This document shows positions 63,261 through 64,000 of a stretch of 64,000 bases of DNA, piece after piece (position 1 is the stretch's first letter; each line of letters opens with the position of its first letter). This stretch comes from Zygnema circumcarinatum SAG 698-1b. Its lineage: Eukaryota; Plantae; Zygnematophyceae. The position numbers and the translations under genes were made by a program. The notes beneath the pieces were generated by a model that was given only the letters and a program-made list of their open reading frames with translations, made no database searches and had not been told where the DNA came from. The DNA is taken from NCBI GenBank assembly GCA_037447605.1, contig CM074823.1, positions 930,001 to 994,000 of the forward strand. Direction: 5' to 3'.

Positions 63261-64000
63261 GGGGGTAGGAGTTAGAGGGGTAGGGGTAAGGGTAGGGGTG
63301 TAGGGTAGGGGGTAGGGGTAGGGTTAGAGGGGTAGGGGTAAGGGTAGGGGTGTAGGGTAGGGGGGTAGGGTTAGAGGGGTAGGGGTAAGGGTAGGGGTGT
63401 AGGGTAGGGAGGTAGGGTTAGAGGGGTAGGGGTAAGGGTAGGGGTGTAGGGTAGGGGGGTAGGGTTAGAGGGGTAGGGGTAGGGGTAGGGGTGGGTAGGG
63501 TAGGGGGGTAGGGTTAGAGGGGTAGGGGTAAGGGTAGGGGTGTAGGGTAGGGGGGTAGGGAGGTAGGGTTAGAGGGGTAGGGGTAAGGGTAGGGGTGTAG
63601 GGTAGGGGGGTAGGGGGTAGGGGTAGGGTTAGAGGGGTAGGGTTAGTAGGGGTAGGGTAGGGGTGTAGGGTAGGGAGGTAGGGTTAGAGGGGTAGGGGTA
63701 AGGGTAGGGGTGTAGGGTAGGGGGTAGGAGTTAGAGGGGTAGGGGTAAGGGTAGGGGTGTAGGGTAGGGGGGTAGGGTTAGAGGGGTAGGGGTAAGGGTA
63801 GGGGTGTAGGGTAGGGGGGTAGGGTTAGAGGGGTAGGGGTAGAGGGTAGGGGTAAGGGTAGGGGTGTAGGGTAGGGGGGTAGGGTTAGAGGGGTAGGGGT
63901 AAGGGTAGGGGTGTAGGGTAGGGGGTAGGGTTAGAGGGGTAGGGGGGTAGGGTTAGAGGGGTAGGGGTAAGGGTAGGGGTGTAGGGTAGGGAGGTAGGGT
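63261..64000 (+). repeat. G-rich satellite (~47-bp higher-order unit of TAGGGG/TAAGGG/TTAGAG hexamers), running off the window
   Basis: Repeating GGGTTAGAGGGGTAGGGGTAAGGGTAGGGGTGTAGGGTAGGGGGGTA. Confidence 0.9.

Overview
This is intron-rich eukaryotic nuclear DNA. The gene content (EG16-type GH16, DUF639, TOM1, PPR-SMR) and the TTTAGGG/TTAGGG repeats point to a streptophyte, most plausibly a charophyte-grade alga (inference). Nearly all ORFs in the supplied track are artefacts of GA/CT/G-run microsatellites, so genes were rebuilt by hand from GT-AG exons with phase checks. The genes are: a partial EG16-like gene at the left edge (-), a DUF639 gene cut by a 100-N gap (-), two complete tandem paralogues of a secreted multidomain GH16 protein (-; 743 and 646 aa), a TOM1/TOM3-family gene (-), KLHDC4 (-), and a probably plastid-targeted PPR-SMR gene (+) with one frameshifted exon and locally scrambled assembly. 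The main candidate novelty is the local family of secreted proteins built as signal peptide + conserved ~34-aa motif + PMEI/invertase-inhibitor-like helical bundle + catalytically degenerate EG16 module + intact EG16 module (EIDFE). Other signals include a TA-flanked Tc1/mariner-type MITE family with an inverted pair and a matching empty site, Mutator-like MITEs, and telomere-like arrays placed just upstream of splice acceptors. There is also a strictly 17-bp-periodic degenerate intronic array, and several gap-associated duplications that are likely assembly artefacts.
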